Below are positions 8,553 through 20,192 of a stretch of 64,000 nucleotides of DNA, piece after piece (position 1 is the first letter of the stretch; every line of letters begins with the position of its first letter). The translations under genes and the position numbers were made by a program. The DNA is taken from contig CM035352.1 in NCBI GenBank assembly GCA_020137815.1, positions 8,618,001 to 8,682,000 of the forward strand. Reading direction: 5' to 3'. The stretch comes from Hormiphora californensis (Eukaryota; Animalia; Ctenophora). The notes beneath the pieces are model-generated. The model ran no database searches and was not told the DNA's origin. It saw only the letters and a list, made by a program, of their open reading frames with translations.

Positions 8553-10911
8553 TTTGCACAGGACTCTTGAAAACCAGCATTCCCAGTTCGAACTACAGCT
8601 GGATCCCATTGTTTTAAAAGACATTGGGGTAGTGCTTAAACCCCAAGGCTATGTTGCCGCAGGGGCAGAAAGCATTTTTGCATCGGTCTTTTTGTCCGTA
8701 GACATACCCGACCCAACTAGTTTCCAATGTAGTGAACAACCAGACGATGACATAAACCTCAGCTATTGTAGACCAGATTATGCATGGTTAGTAGACGCAT
8801 CAGTTAGATACCCGAGATATGTAGCAAATTTCCATTTACTCACGCCAAATATGGCTGAAAACGTTAAAAAATGTATGAAAAGTTGCTTCGAACAGGCCTG
8901 TGCAATAGCCCTCATAGAACCGTCGAACGATGGAAAGTGCGAGGTGAGAAGCTTGAAAAAAGACACCCTTTTTGGCAATACCGAACTACACCATGTTTGG
9001 AAAGAAGTTGAGGGCTTGAAAAAAAGTGTAACTATTGATCTCCATGCGCTCAAACCCGAACTTCGACGAATGTGTAAAGGCTATCTAGAAATACCCCAAA
9101 CACCACTAGCAAAGTTCTTCACCGAAGAAACACAAAAAGAAATTGACGAAATTTGGAAAACATCACACAAACAATACTCTAATTTGGTCACAGCTTATCA
9201 ATTACATAAGGAAGATAATGACACGTCCATCGCACAACCAGGCACTAGAGAAAAGCGATTAATTGGAGTTGTGCTGGCAGCAGTAGGGATACCAGCCCTT
9301 CTAGGACTTGGTGCAACTATGTATGAAGCCGCACAAACTAGGAAATACGTTAAAAAACTTGACCAACAATTTAGGGAATTTGCAGAAGGTAATACCGCCT
9401 TCCTTGCTGAACAAGTTAAGTTCAACAAGGAAGTAATCGAAATTTATAAAGTTCTAGAGGAAGAAATTGATAGCATCAAATGTAACATCGATACTGTCGC
9501 CTACCAAATAGTTAAAGAAAGACAAATTTTAAAGTGGAAACATCAAATTAGAACAATTTTGGCCGGCGTACTAAAATCAGAGTTAACAATGGGAGTACTC
9601 CCCGAAGTACTCACGCTAGAACACATAAAAGAGTTAGTAAGGGATGAAATTTTTGACGGGACAATATATCAGGAAAAACCTGAAAGTATCCTAACACAGG
9701 GAAAACTGACTTTGGTGGGTATGGCCAAAACTAATGTAGCGTTCAAATTTCACTTTGTACTCACGGCACCTGGATTACGCCAATCATCAATCTACAATCG
9801 ATATTCAGTAGAACAAGTTGGGTTCAAAAATAACCACACATGTGTACAACTTGACTTACCACAAGAAGTATACATGGTGAGGGACCAATTTTACCAAATA
9901 ATCAACGACAACTGTTATAGTAGGTCCAACAGTCTCAAACTTTGTAGCAGACCATCTAGTGACAAGTCAACCAAAGAACACGTGACAGTCCCATGCCTCA
10001 ATAAAGAGCGAGACTGTGAAATTAGACTGACGAGCTGTACAGACAAAGCTAGTTTTACAACGGCAGGTGTCCTTATATTTAGTGAAAATGAAGTAAGCGC
10101 CATGAGAACATCAAGCACATTAACAACTTTGGATAAAGTCCCAATGGGAAAACATGGCACCGGATTCCTTCCATGGGAAACATACAGCATGGTAGTGTTG
10201 GGCAATCGGGTGTTACAATCGATATATGAACCGACGATACACATCAACATGAAAATGCCCGATGTTATCCCATGGGAAGAATTCGTTTCGAGAACAGCTA
10301 GTGAGATAAAACGGAAAAATGTCAGCAACCTTGTAAAAATAACTGAAAGTCAGGAATCCATCTTAAGCACTATAATAGAATCATTGGAGGAGTATGGAGA
10401 GATTGATATTAAAGACAGCCTGCTAGATCAACTACTGAAGTGGTCAGGACTAGCAGCAATCATATTATGCTTCCTCACAGTTATTGCCATCATAATAGCA
10501 AGACAGTGCTATCGTGCGAGGAAGTATAAAGAGCAACTAGTACGTTCAGTAGCAGTTAGACCGCACCCACGCCCACCTAGCACGTCATCTACAATAAGAC
10601 ACCTTCCCATGCAAAATTTTAGTGAGGAGAGAGAAACATCTAGAGAGAGGGTACTACCACCCACACCAAGCGCCTCTGCTCCACCAAACACCGACACATA
10701 TCAAAGCATGCCCGATCTAACACACAGAGTGAGATTTGCCAATAGAATAAACGAACACACCCTTCCTAAACCGTCTAGAACACCACCGGCACCCCCAGCA
10801 AAAAAGATGAAGTTGACAGACAACATCTTGTACGAAGAACTAAATGATCAATTAGGCGACCTAGCACAGGAACAAGAAGAACATTTAGCTCCCCGAACAT
10901 TTTACACATGA
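8512..10911 (+). CDS. env: Envelope glycoprotein 2, class I F-type fusogen-like, 799 aa, intact
   Basis: Signal peptide MRWTPLIILLLCINL; furin site REKR (9247-9258) followed by hydrophobic LIGVVLAAVGIPALLGLGA; heptad repeat; Cys-rich region; second heptad; TM WSGLAAIILCFLTVIAIIIA; Pro-rich tail. Overlaps env1 by 41 nt. Confidence 0.85.
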   Translation: MRWTPLIILLLCINLHRTLENQHSQFELQLDPIVLKDIGVVLKPQGYVAAGAESIFASVFLSVDIPDPTSFQCSEQPDDDINLSYCRPDYAWLVDASVRYPRYVANFHLLTPNMAENVKKCMKSCFEQACAIALIEPSNDGKCEVRSLKKDTLFGNTELHHVWKEVEGLKKSVTIDLHALKPELRRMCKGYLEIPQTPLAKFFTEETQKEIDEIWKTSHKQYSNLVTAYQLHKEDNDTSIAQPGTREKRLIGVVLAAVGIPALLGLGATMYEAAQTRKYVKKLDQQFREFAEGNTAFLAEQVKFNKEVIEIYKVLEEEIDSIKCNIDTVAYQIVKERQILKWKHQIRTILAGVLKSELTMGVLPEVLTLEHIKELVRDEIFDGTIYQEKPESILTQGKLTLVGMAKTNVAFKFHFVLTAPGLRQSSIYNRYSVEQVGFKNNHTCVQLDLPQEVYMVRDQFYQIINDNCYSRSNSLKLCSRPSSDKSTKEHVTVPCLNKERDCEIRLTSCTDKASFTTAGVLIFSENEVSAMRTSSTLTTLDKVPMGKHGTGFLPWETYSMVVLGNRVLQSIYEPTIHINMKMPDVIPWEEFVSRTASEIKRKNVSNLVKITESQESILSTIIESLEEYGEIDIKDSLLDQLLKWSGLAAIILCFLTVIAIIIARQCYRARKYKEQLVRSVAVRPHPRPPSTSSTIRHLPMQNFSEERETSRERVLPPTPSASAPPNTDTYQSMPDLTHRVRFANRINEHTLPKPSRTPPAPPAKKMKLTDNILYEELNDQLGDLAQEQEEHLAPRTFYT

Positions 10912-11770
10912 GAGAGACAGGGAGACAATCATCATCACAACTCAGATCAAGAAGCGCAACAACACTAAATCGGCCGGATCGATCACTATCGCAAATAATG
11001 CAGAGTGAACTATAGATAAATTGATGCCATGTTTGACCAGCTGCTATTATATCTAATACTGAACAGGTGGTCGGGAAGCGAAACTCGATATCCTAATGGA
11101 CCGAGCTTCATTCACAGCCATTTCATAGCTCTTTCCTTTCACTTGCTATTGCACTTGTAAAACATGCCTAAGTCACGAACCACAAGAACTTTCTCGTCCT
11201 ATGAGCTATGTGGTATAGCCACATTTTTTTGGTATATCTATGGTGGCAGTGCACGGTTCGACCGTACTCTGCTGACACCGGAGATGTTGGCTCATATAGT
11301 CCGGACTGTTGTGCTCTCTCCGGATGCTAACAGTGGGGAGCGGGTGAAGAAAGCCTGAGAAACTTTTGGTATAACAGAACTTGGAATTATATGGCGCCTG
11401 ATGATGGAAACTCATGGACCCGGTTCAATACCTTGTTCGATAGTAAGCCCCATTCACGGCGGTTATACTATCGGCAAGAGCTGCTAATTAATTTGCCATT
11501 CTAATTGTAAGTTGCCTTAGTAATAGTAATTGTACTTAATTTTCTGGAAATATGTGATGCCATATTTGGCCAAATAAAAAGAAAAAAAAAAAAGAGAAAA
11601 AATTTAAATACATTTAAAAAGAATTTTAAAAATATTCAAAATTTGAAAAAAAAATCAGTCTTAAAATCATAGAACAATAACTAGTAGGAAAACTCGATGT
11701 GAGATTAGCGAATAATTTAGGCCACACCTGACAATGACGAACTAGAAAGTCACACCAACATGACAAAAAA

Positions 11771-11810
<40 letters not shown>

Positions 11811-13911
11811 CCCCCCCCCCCCCCCCCAGGAGGGGATTTTTTCCCCAGGGAGTTCGGTTCCCAGTCCCCTCCCGAGTTTTAGTCCTCTTCAACTCCGGGA
11901 ATGTGGTGGGTTTAGCAATGAGGGGGCCCCTTTTCCCAAATACTCCCCTTACAAGGGGTTGTCATGGAGATTGGGTTCCCTTTATGGAAGACTACCCAAC
12001 TTTGCATCTGTATCGTCTTACAGTCCGCGGGGAGTTTATTGGGGAACTCTCTTCCTCTCTCGAACCCATTCTCTCTCTCCCTATATTTTCTCTCTTCTTC
12101 TCCCCTCCCCCTTTCCCCTTTTTAGACTGACAGTACAACACGGCGGGTGTTTACTTCCTCAACCCCCACCCTGACAGGAGGGGGGAGAGGGGGCGAGGTA
12201 CTTTCATGGGGGAAATTTGGGGAATTTTAATAGCGGCCAGTCCCCCACTACCAGGATTCGACTAATTTTTGTGGGTTTTCAGAGAACGTTTTTGGTGTGG
12301 TAAACGGTGTGGGTTTTGGCATTTTTTAAAATCTTTACTGTGGATATTTACCTCGGTGTAGGGTTTTCATGCAAGTTTCAAAAATTCAAACAAATGTGCA
12401 CCCCATATTGGAAAACCCTCTTTTTTTATCGTTTCCCTGCATAACTTTTTGGTATTCTCAATTCCCCATTTTGCAGTTTTATTTTCTCTACTTTCCCTCC
12501 CTCTTTAAAGCTCTCTTCCTAATTCCTGTGTTCCCACGATCAACAGAGCACTGCTTTAGACAGTATACGCACATGTCTCAGACGGCAATGAAGCTTTACG
12601 TTATACATTTTATTTCCCTTTTTTTCTCTGTTTTTCCGGGTTTTTATTTTTTCCCCCTCCTCCTCTTTCCCCTTTTTTTTTCCTTTCCCCCCCCTCTCCC
12701 CCTCTGTCATTTTCTCCCTTTCCATTTTATTTATCATTTTTTTCCCTTAAAAATGTGTCATGTCCCCAAAAAAGCGCTCTGTGATCTTCATTTCGGGGGG
12801 GGGGGGGGGGGGGGGGTTCAGTCATCTACAAAATTTTCCTCCAGTTTACCCTTTTCCCTCCTAATATTTCCCAAAAATCTCTTATTCCCCCCCCTCCTGT
12901 CAAGTGTCCTTTTTTTCTCCCCCCACAAGGTTTGGGGAAAATAAACCCAGGGGAGGTGGGAAAACAGGGCAGTTGGACGCCCTGTAATAGGGCATGCCAG
13001 CTTGCAGCACTTAGCTAGACCACACCGTGTTATAATACAGGCCGGGGGGGGGGGAGTCAATATATATGAAGTGCAGGCCGTTTTCACCAGCCTTCCCCGA
13101 TTTTCTTCTGAAAAGCGACAAGAATTTAGGCAATATATGTCTTTTCAGTCATCCCCGCCCCCGAGTCCTTTTTAACCCAAAAAACCCCTCCCCAGCCCCA
13201 GCCGCCTTTTTATTTCAATTCCACCCCACCCCACCCACCCCACCCTCCGTTGGGTACCCCCCTCCCCCCCCCCAGTGGGGTATTTGGCCCCTTTTTTGGG
13301 GTTGGGCCGGGTTTGGGGGGGAAAAAAATTGGGGCGTGGGAATCAACCCCGAATTTTAGAAACAGACCTTCCTGACGCTACGGTGGTATATTACATTTTC
13401 CACAACACCCATTGAAATCAAGTGGGAGGGAAAAAAAAGGGAGAGAATAAAATGGAGGGATTATAAGACTGGAAGCTGGGAACTGGGGAGAACTTGTTAT
13501 CTTGCTAGATTCTGAGTGTATTGCCCTCGGGCTAGTGTGTGGCGTGTAACTTCATTGTTTGCACGCATGACTGGGAGAGATAAGGGAGGGAGAGAGAGAG
13601 AGAGAGTGGAGAGGCCAGAGAAGGATGGTGTGAAGTGCCGAGTAATTACCCCGTCTCTCTCGCTCATCTTCCTCCCAAAGTTCAGTCTACTAAACATTAT
13701 GTTGCAGCCCTCTGACCAGACTGCACACATGCTATGCCAACAGTCAAATAATACGGCGGGGGGGGGGGGGGTATATCGGGGGAGTGCGGCATGTGTCTCT
13801 GCCCCCAGCGATGCCATAGAGCCACAGGCATCGGTATCCGGTAGAGACAGGTACAGCTGGCCGATAGAGAGGGAGGGAAGAGAGTAAAATGCGAGGGCTA
13901 GAGAGAGAGAG

Positions 13912-13969
<58 letters not shown>

Positions 13970-14353
13970 TCTGTGAGTCGAGTGAGTAGAAAGATAGAGA
14001 GGAGATGGTGGAGGAGGAAGAGGTAATAATAGTTAGAGGGCGTGTGCTGTGGCAGCGGTTTAATAAAAAGACAAGAGGGTGGGGCAAATCCCTAGGGGTT
14101 GGGAAAGTAACCTATCCCGTACCAGTCACCACACCAATCACCAACTTTCTCTCTCTCTCCTCTCTTCTTCTCAATGTCAGCATCCTCATGGCAGGTCGCA
14201 TCTCACTCTCTCATCCTCTCCTCTCCGGGAATCTCTCTCTCGTCCCTCTGCTCTCTCTCATCTCTCTCTCGTCTCTCTCTCTCATCTCTTCTCTCGGTCT
14301 CTCGATCTCGATCGTCTCTTCTCTCCTCTCACTCTTCTCGTTTCGTTCTTCTC

Positions 14354-14410
<57 letters not shown>

Positions 14411-14871
14411 CTCTCTATCTGGCGATATACCAATGGAAGCGTGTGCTGGCACACAGGATGCAGGGTTTCCCGATTGTCATATCAAAGATAGTGAAAGAGA
14501 GGGGTAGAGATATGGAGAGAAAGAGAGAGATATACTTTATCATATAGAGAGATGTGGAGAGATAAAGAAGGGAGATTGGTGTTTGAGAATGTGTGTGAGA
14601 CCCGGTACCATGGCTTCGAACCTAATTGCGTAAAACGAGGCTTCTCCCCGGGGGTCAAAACTCCACCCTTCATGCCCTTTGTGAAAATAAACTGGCAAAG
14701 GCCCTCATTCTCCCTTTTCAACCGCCTAACCATTCCCAGCCACTAAACTTTCAACGTTGTAACATCACTGATTCATAGACCTTACTCCCACCTATCCTTG
14801 CCTCTATCTTCCATAACCATGATAACCATTGCATGATAAGTGATAACCATGATAACCCATGGTAACCCCAG

Positions 14872-15060
14872 GTGACTACGTGTTCCGCGATGAGAAGCTG
14901 CTATCCCGAGTGCCCCAGATGTGGCTAATACTTGCTGCGATAGTCCTAGTTCTCAACTTACCCACCTTCCTGCTGGGAGAGGTTGAAAAGGAAGAAGGGG
15001 AAGAGGAGGATAGGACACTGATAAAAACAGAGCGGCTTGATTCTAAATCAAAAGCAATAG
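14872..15060 (+). CDS. Internal exon of an MFS transporter, oxalate:formate antiporter-like
   Basis: AG|...|GT boundaries; DYVFRDEKLLSRVPQMWLILAAIVLVLNLPTFLL recalls the 'YF..p.LL.RVP' plus TM segment of animal OFA-like MFS proteins. Confidence 0.5.
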
Positions 15061-16260
15061 GTTAGAATCAAACTAATTTATTAGCGAGATAAAACCGTAG
15101 TTGTACAGGGTGTCCCACTGTCTTTGCGTGACCTGAGATTTTGGGTCATGACCGGGCTCCATTAAACTAACCAAAACTCATCGAAAAATTGGTCAAAATG
15201 GTTCTAACAAAAACCAGTGTTCTAGAGAATTGTCTGGCGAACATTTTAGTTGCAAGATTGACTTTCCAAGTCTTACCAATCGTCAGATATATCGCACTAT
15301 GTGGTCAAAACGCGCGTTTGTCCGATAGAGATCACCCGTTTTTCTGCGTTTTTCGCGATTTTGTTAGCCACTTTAGGGGTGCTTGCACGCTTGCGTGTGC
15401 CATCTAACACCCTGAAAGATGCTTTACACATTTAGGTAATCGCTTGAAGTTTATTTTGATACCCATAACATGGCTGAATATGCGGTAGGTTTTTGACAGG
15501 ACGGTATCAAAGTTCGCCCTATAGCCCAAAAACAGCCTTCTTATCAAAGCGCAGACTAGTTTTTGGTATCAGAAGGAAGCTAAGAGGCTAAGCATGCCTC
15601 TAAGCATCGAAATTAAGCACCGGTCCTATGCGGTCATGTCTTTTTTTGCAGTTATTATGCCAACATTTGCCCTTGTCAGCGCAAATCTGTGGTTTTCAGA
15701 GAGGATTTTGCCGCGCGCGCTAACTGCTCGCAACTCCAACTTTCCTTACCTCTACTGCAGGGGTCTACATCGAATTCGGGCGTCAAGTGCTGGAGCTTTT
15801 TACCTGGGCCTGGGAGGGGTGGGAGCTGTTAGAAATGGGCGGGGCCGGGGAGGGGTGGTACACTAGAATAACACTGCGGGTTGTTATGATCTAAAAATTT
15901 TGCGGGGATCTAGCTAGGCAATATGCGGGGCAGTGTAATGTGTATAATAATACCTCGTGGTAGAAGGTATATGTTATTTAGGTTGCTAACAAGGCTCTGT
16001 TCTGGGGTCCATCCATTTCTAATAGCATCATCTATCATAGTCACAGACACACAATGTATACCTAGGACGGGAGGGAGGTGGTTAGTAGTGGTTAAACTGT
16101 CGTGGGAGTGATTAGTTAGTTCTACAACGTGGGAGTTGCAGAGTGTCTAGTTCATCAGACATCATTGGAGTACATTGTTGTTCTTGTATTGTCTAGCCCT
16201 CGACACCCAGTGCAGTGGTGCTCGATTGAAAATCTTAACTCTATCGAAATATTTTGAACG

Positions 16261-18100
16261 GTAAGAAATTGCGATTCGGGGAAATTTCTCGCTTAGAAAA
16301 TACGATTCGAGAAAATTTTCTCGGTAAGAAATTGCGATTCGGGGAAATTTCTCGCTTAGAAAATACGATTCGAGAAAATTTTCTCGGTAAGAAATTGCGA
16401 TTCGGGGAAATTTCTCGCTTAGAAAATACGATTCGAGAAAATTTTCTCGGTAAGAAATTGCGATTCGGGGAAATTTCTCGCTTAGAAAATACGATTCGGG
16501 GAAATTTCTCGCTTAGAAAATACGATTCGAGAAAATTTTCTCGCTAAGAAATTGCGATTCGGGGAAATTTCTCGCTTAGAAAATACGATTCGAGAAAATT
16601 TTCTCGGTAAGAAATTGCGATTCGGGGAAATTTCTCGCTTAGAAAATACGATTCGAGAAAATTTTCTCGCTAAGAAATTGCGATTCGGGGAAATTTCTCG
16701 CTTAGAAAATACGATTCGAGAAAATTTTCTCGCTAAGAAATTGCGATTCGGGGAAATTTCTCGCTTAGAAAATACGATTCGAGAAAATTTTCTCGGTAAG
16801 AAATTGCGATTCGGGGAAATTTCTCGCTTAGAAAATACGATTCGGGGAAATTTCTCGCTTAGAAAATACGATTCGAGAAAATTTTCTCGGTAAGAAATTG
16901 CGATTCGTGGAAATTTCTCGCTTAGAAAATACGATTCGAGAAAATTTTCTCGCTAAGAAATTGCGATTCGGGGAAATTTCTCGCTTAGAAAATACGATTC
17001 GAGAAAATTTTCTCGGTAAGAAATTGCGATTCGGGGAAATTTCTCGCTTAGAAAATACGATTCGAGAAAATTTTCTCGGTAAGAAATTGCGATTCGGGGA
17101 AATTTCTCGCTTAGAAAATACGATTCGAGAAAATTTTCTCGGTAAGAAATTGCGATTCGGGGAAATTTCTCGCTTAGAAAATACGATTCGGGGAAATTTC
17201 TCGCTTAGAAAATACGATTCGAGAAAATTTTCTCGCTAAGAAATTGCGATTCGGGGAAATTTCTCGCTTAGAAAATACGATTCGAGAAAATTTTCTCGGC
17301 TAAGAAATTGCGATTCGGGGAAATTTCTCGCTTAGAAAATACGATTCGAGAAAATTTTCTCGCTAAGAAATTGCGATTCGGGGAAATTTCTCGCTTAGAA
17401 AATACGATTCGAGAAAATTTTCTCGCTAAGAAATTGCGATTCGGGGAAATTTCTCGCTTAGAAAATACGATTCGAGAAAATTTTCTCGCTAAGAAATTGC
17501 GATTCGGGGAAATTTCTCGCTTAGAAAATACGATTCGAGAAAATTTTCTCGCTAAGAAATTGCGATTCGGGGAAATTTCTCGCTTAGAAAATACGATTCG
17601 AGAAAATTTTCTCGCTAAGAAATTGCGATTCGGGGAAATTTCTCGCTTAGAAAATACGATTCGAGAAAATTTTCTCGCTAAGAAATTGCGATTCGGGGAA
17701 ATTTCTCGCTTAGAAAATACGATTCGAGAAAATTTTCTCGGTAAGAAATTGCGATTCGGGGAAATTTCTCGCTTAGAAAATACGATTCGGGAAAATTTTC
17801 TCGGTAAGAAATTGCGATTCGGGGAAATTTCTCGCTTAGAAAATACGATTCGGGGAAATTTCTCGCTTAGAAAATACGATTCGAGAAAATTTTCTCGCTA
17901 AGAAATTGCGATTCGGGGAAATTTCTCGCTTAGAAAATACGATTCGAGAAAATTTTCTCGGTAAGAAATTGCGATTCGGGGAAATTTCTCGCTTAGAAAA
18001 TACGATTCGGGGAAATTTCTCGCTTAGAAAATACGATTCGAGAAAATTTTCTCGCTAAGAAATTGCGATTCGGGGAAATTTCTCGCTTAGAAAATACGAT
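16261..18100. repeat. 63-bp satellite (31+32-bp subunit dimer), ~29 units
   Basis: AAGAAATTGCGATTCGGGGAAATTTCTCGCTTAGAAAATACGATTCGAGAAAATTTTCTCG(G/C)T repeated, with occasional extra 31-bp subunits. Confidence 0.97.
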
Positions 18101-18124
18101 TTTTTTGTATGAGGAAAGCCCTGT

Positions 18125-19107
18125 TTTTTTCCCGTACAAACATACAAGAAATAGGTTGGAACCCCCCCCCCCCCCCCCCCCCCCCGGTTTACCTGCTTAC
18201 ATTTATAGGTCCGTTAGAACAGTGCCCTCCAAAGTATCAGCCGCTGAGTGTTAAATGTTTACGTCCAAGAAAACTGAATTGTTGCATTAGTAGATGAGCC
18301 CACTCACGTTACCAGTCACAAAAATGTGGCTGGCTCGGTCGTTTGTGTTTGATCCCGATAAGCGTTTAAGCTCACATCCTGATAAATTGTTTGTTATTAC
18401 AACTTGTAAGGGCCAGGGGGCATTTTAGAAAGGTGATGAGTTTTCTCAGTGCAGAATATGTGGATGAGGTTATTCGATAGATAAACTTTCAATCCTTCTG
18501 TGTTTCCTAATCACTTACAATAATCAAACCTCGATAACATAATACAGGGTGTTCATGTGGGAAACTTCATACTTGGACTATTCTATACCCTCATTCAAGG
18601 TTCCTGGTGTTTCCGGAGTTTTTTTTTCGTACAAACATACAAGAATAGGTTGGAACCCCCCCCCCCCCCCCCCCCCCCCGGTTTACCTGCTTACATTTAA
18701 TGTCCGTTAGAACGTGCCCTCCAAAGTATCAGCCGCTGAGTGTTAAGTGTTTACGTCCAAGAAAACTGAATTGTTGCATTAGTAGATGAGCCCACTCACG
18801 TTACCAGTCACAAAAATGTGGCTGGCTCGGTCGTTGTGATCCCGAGACGACGTTTAAGCTCAACTCCTGAGAAATTGTTGTATTACAACTTGTAAGGGCC
18901 AGGGGGCATTTTAGAAAGGTGATGGAGTTTTCTCAGTGCAGAATATGTGGATGAGGTTATTCGATAGATAAACTTTCAATCCTTCTGTGTTTCCTAATCA
19001 CTTACAATAATCAAACCTCGATAACATAATACAGGGTGTTCATGTGGGAAACTTCATACTTGGACTATTCTATACCCTCATTCAAGGTTCCTGGTGTTTC
19101 CGGAGCT
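18125..19107. repeat. ~490-bp direct tandem duplication
   Basis: 18125-18620 is repeated at 18621-19107 with small indels; may be an assembly artefact. Confidence 0.8.
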
Positions 19108-19328
19108 CTACTACCCCCGGAAGTGTGTTTAGCATCAAAACTACCAGAAGGAATTTTTTGCTGGTGATGAGACTTTGCAAAAAATTCCTTCTGGTGGTTT
19201 TGATGCCAAAAATACACTTCCAGGGGTAGTAGAGCTCCGGAAACACTAGGAACCTTGAATGAGGGTAAGGAATAGTCCATGTATGAAGCCCAACACTTGT
19301 AAAGAATAGATCCCACATGAACACCCTG
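19032..19328. mobile_element. Foldback MITE, Tc1/mariner-type
   Basis: TA-CAGGGTG...CACCCTG-TA termini; almost wholly palindromic. Confidence 0.8.
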
Positions 19329-19814
19329 TATTACTACGCTATCCAAGATTAATTTGAGGGTGATTACGATAACAGTGTTTCTTTCTTAATCACTTGCAAT
19401 AATCAAACTTCAATAACGTGTCGTAAACACGCCATCCAAACTTGATTTGAAAGTGACTTAGAACTTAGAAACCAGTGTTTTTATCACTTACCAAAATCAA
19501 AAATTGATAACGTCTCTAAAATGTGTACTAAACAGTATGTGATTTAAATTGATTGAAATTGGTATCCTTAATTTTAAAGTAGAAATGCCTGGCGTGGTAG
19601 TGAGGACACGTGCAGATGTCGGGGTTGTCTTCTTGACTAGTTAACAAATTGTGATCAAACGGTACATGATATACCAATCTTAATCAATTAAAATCACATA
19701 CAGTACGTTATCAAAGGTTGATTAGCATGTGACAAAACACTCTGAATGACAGGACACTTCATTTATTAGTGCTTGCTAGATTGGCGGATACAAAGGCGGA
19801 CAAATAATTTACTA

Positions 19815-19969
19815 CAGGGTGTCCCATATATTCTGTGGGTCGGTTGGCGAGATGTCACGCAAAAACGGTGAATTAAACCAGCACACTCCCGTAGTTTGTT
19901 TTCACACAACTATCACCGTTTTTGCGTGACATCTCGCCAACCGGCCCACAGAATATATGGGACACCCTG
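19815..19969. mobile_element. MITE, Tc1/mariner-type
   Basis: TA-CAGGGTGTCCCATATATTCTGTGGG... with ~55-bp TIRs and TA flanks. Confidence 0.85.
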
Positions 19970-20192
19970 TATATTATGTCGCTAATCTAACATGCACAAA
20001 TAGTTCGTCACGTGTCATCTTTTGGTTGAGCAGAAAACGACCATGATACTGTTATAGTATTACTGTACCGAACTAAAACGAACATATTGAATTGAAGTGC
20101 CTCTCTAGTTTTAAGAAGTTTGTAGGAGTGTGTGAAGGCTTAGTAATACAATACAATAAGATCGTTTTATCGGTATAGGTCAGGATTTTTGT

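Larger units (their letters stand above)
1..11770 (+). mobile_element. Ty3/gypsy (Metaviridae) LTR retroelement with two env-like genes; 5' LTR starts at or before window edge, 3' LTR not recognisable
   Basis: LTR end ...CTACA(759) then PBS, gag with CCHC knuckles, pol in PR-RT-RH-IN order, two glycoprotein ORFs, and a purine tract at ~11765 followed by garbled sequence. Confidence 0.9.

Noticed and set aside
11164-11358. Possible fifth retroelement ORF
   Set aside because: Only 64 aa with no recognisable motif.
11398-11412. CTGATGATGGAAAC as a hammerhead core in the retroelement 3' UTR
   Set aside because: Only 2 nt between CUGAUGA and GAAA (no stem II) and no suitable cleavage triplet.
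11580-13360. G/C homopolymer-rich ORFs and possible 3' LTR
   Set aside because: Homopolymer inflation typical of unpolished reads; no match to the visible 5' LTR. The same applies to ORFs at 27654-30560 and 40680-41420.
16254-18254. Repetitive ORFs (RFGEISRLENTIRENFL...) and CRISPR-like periodicity
   Set aside because: Translations of a 63-bp satellite; no unique spacers, no cas genes, eukaryotic context.
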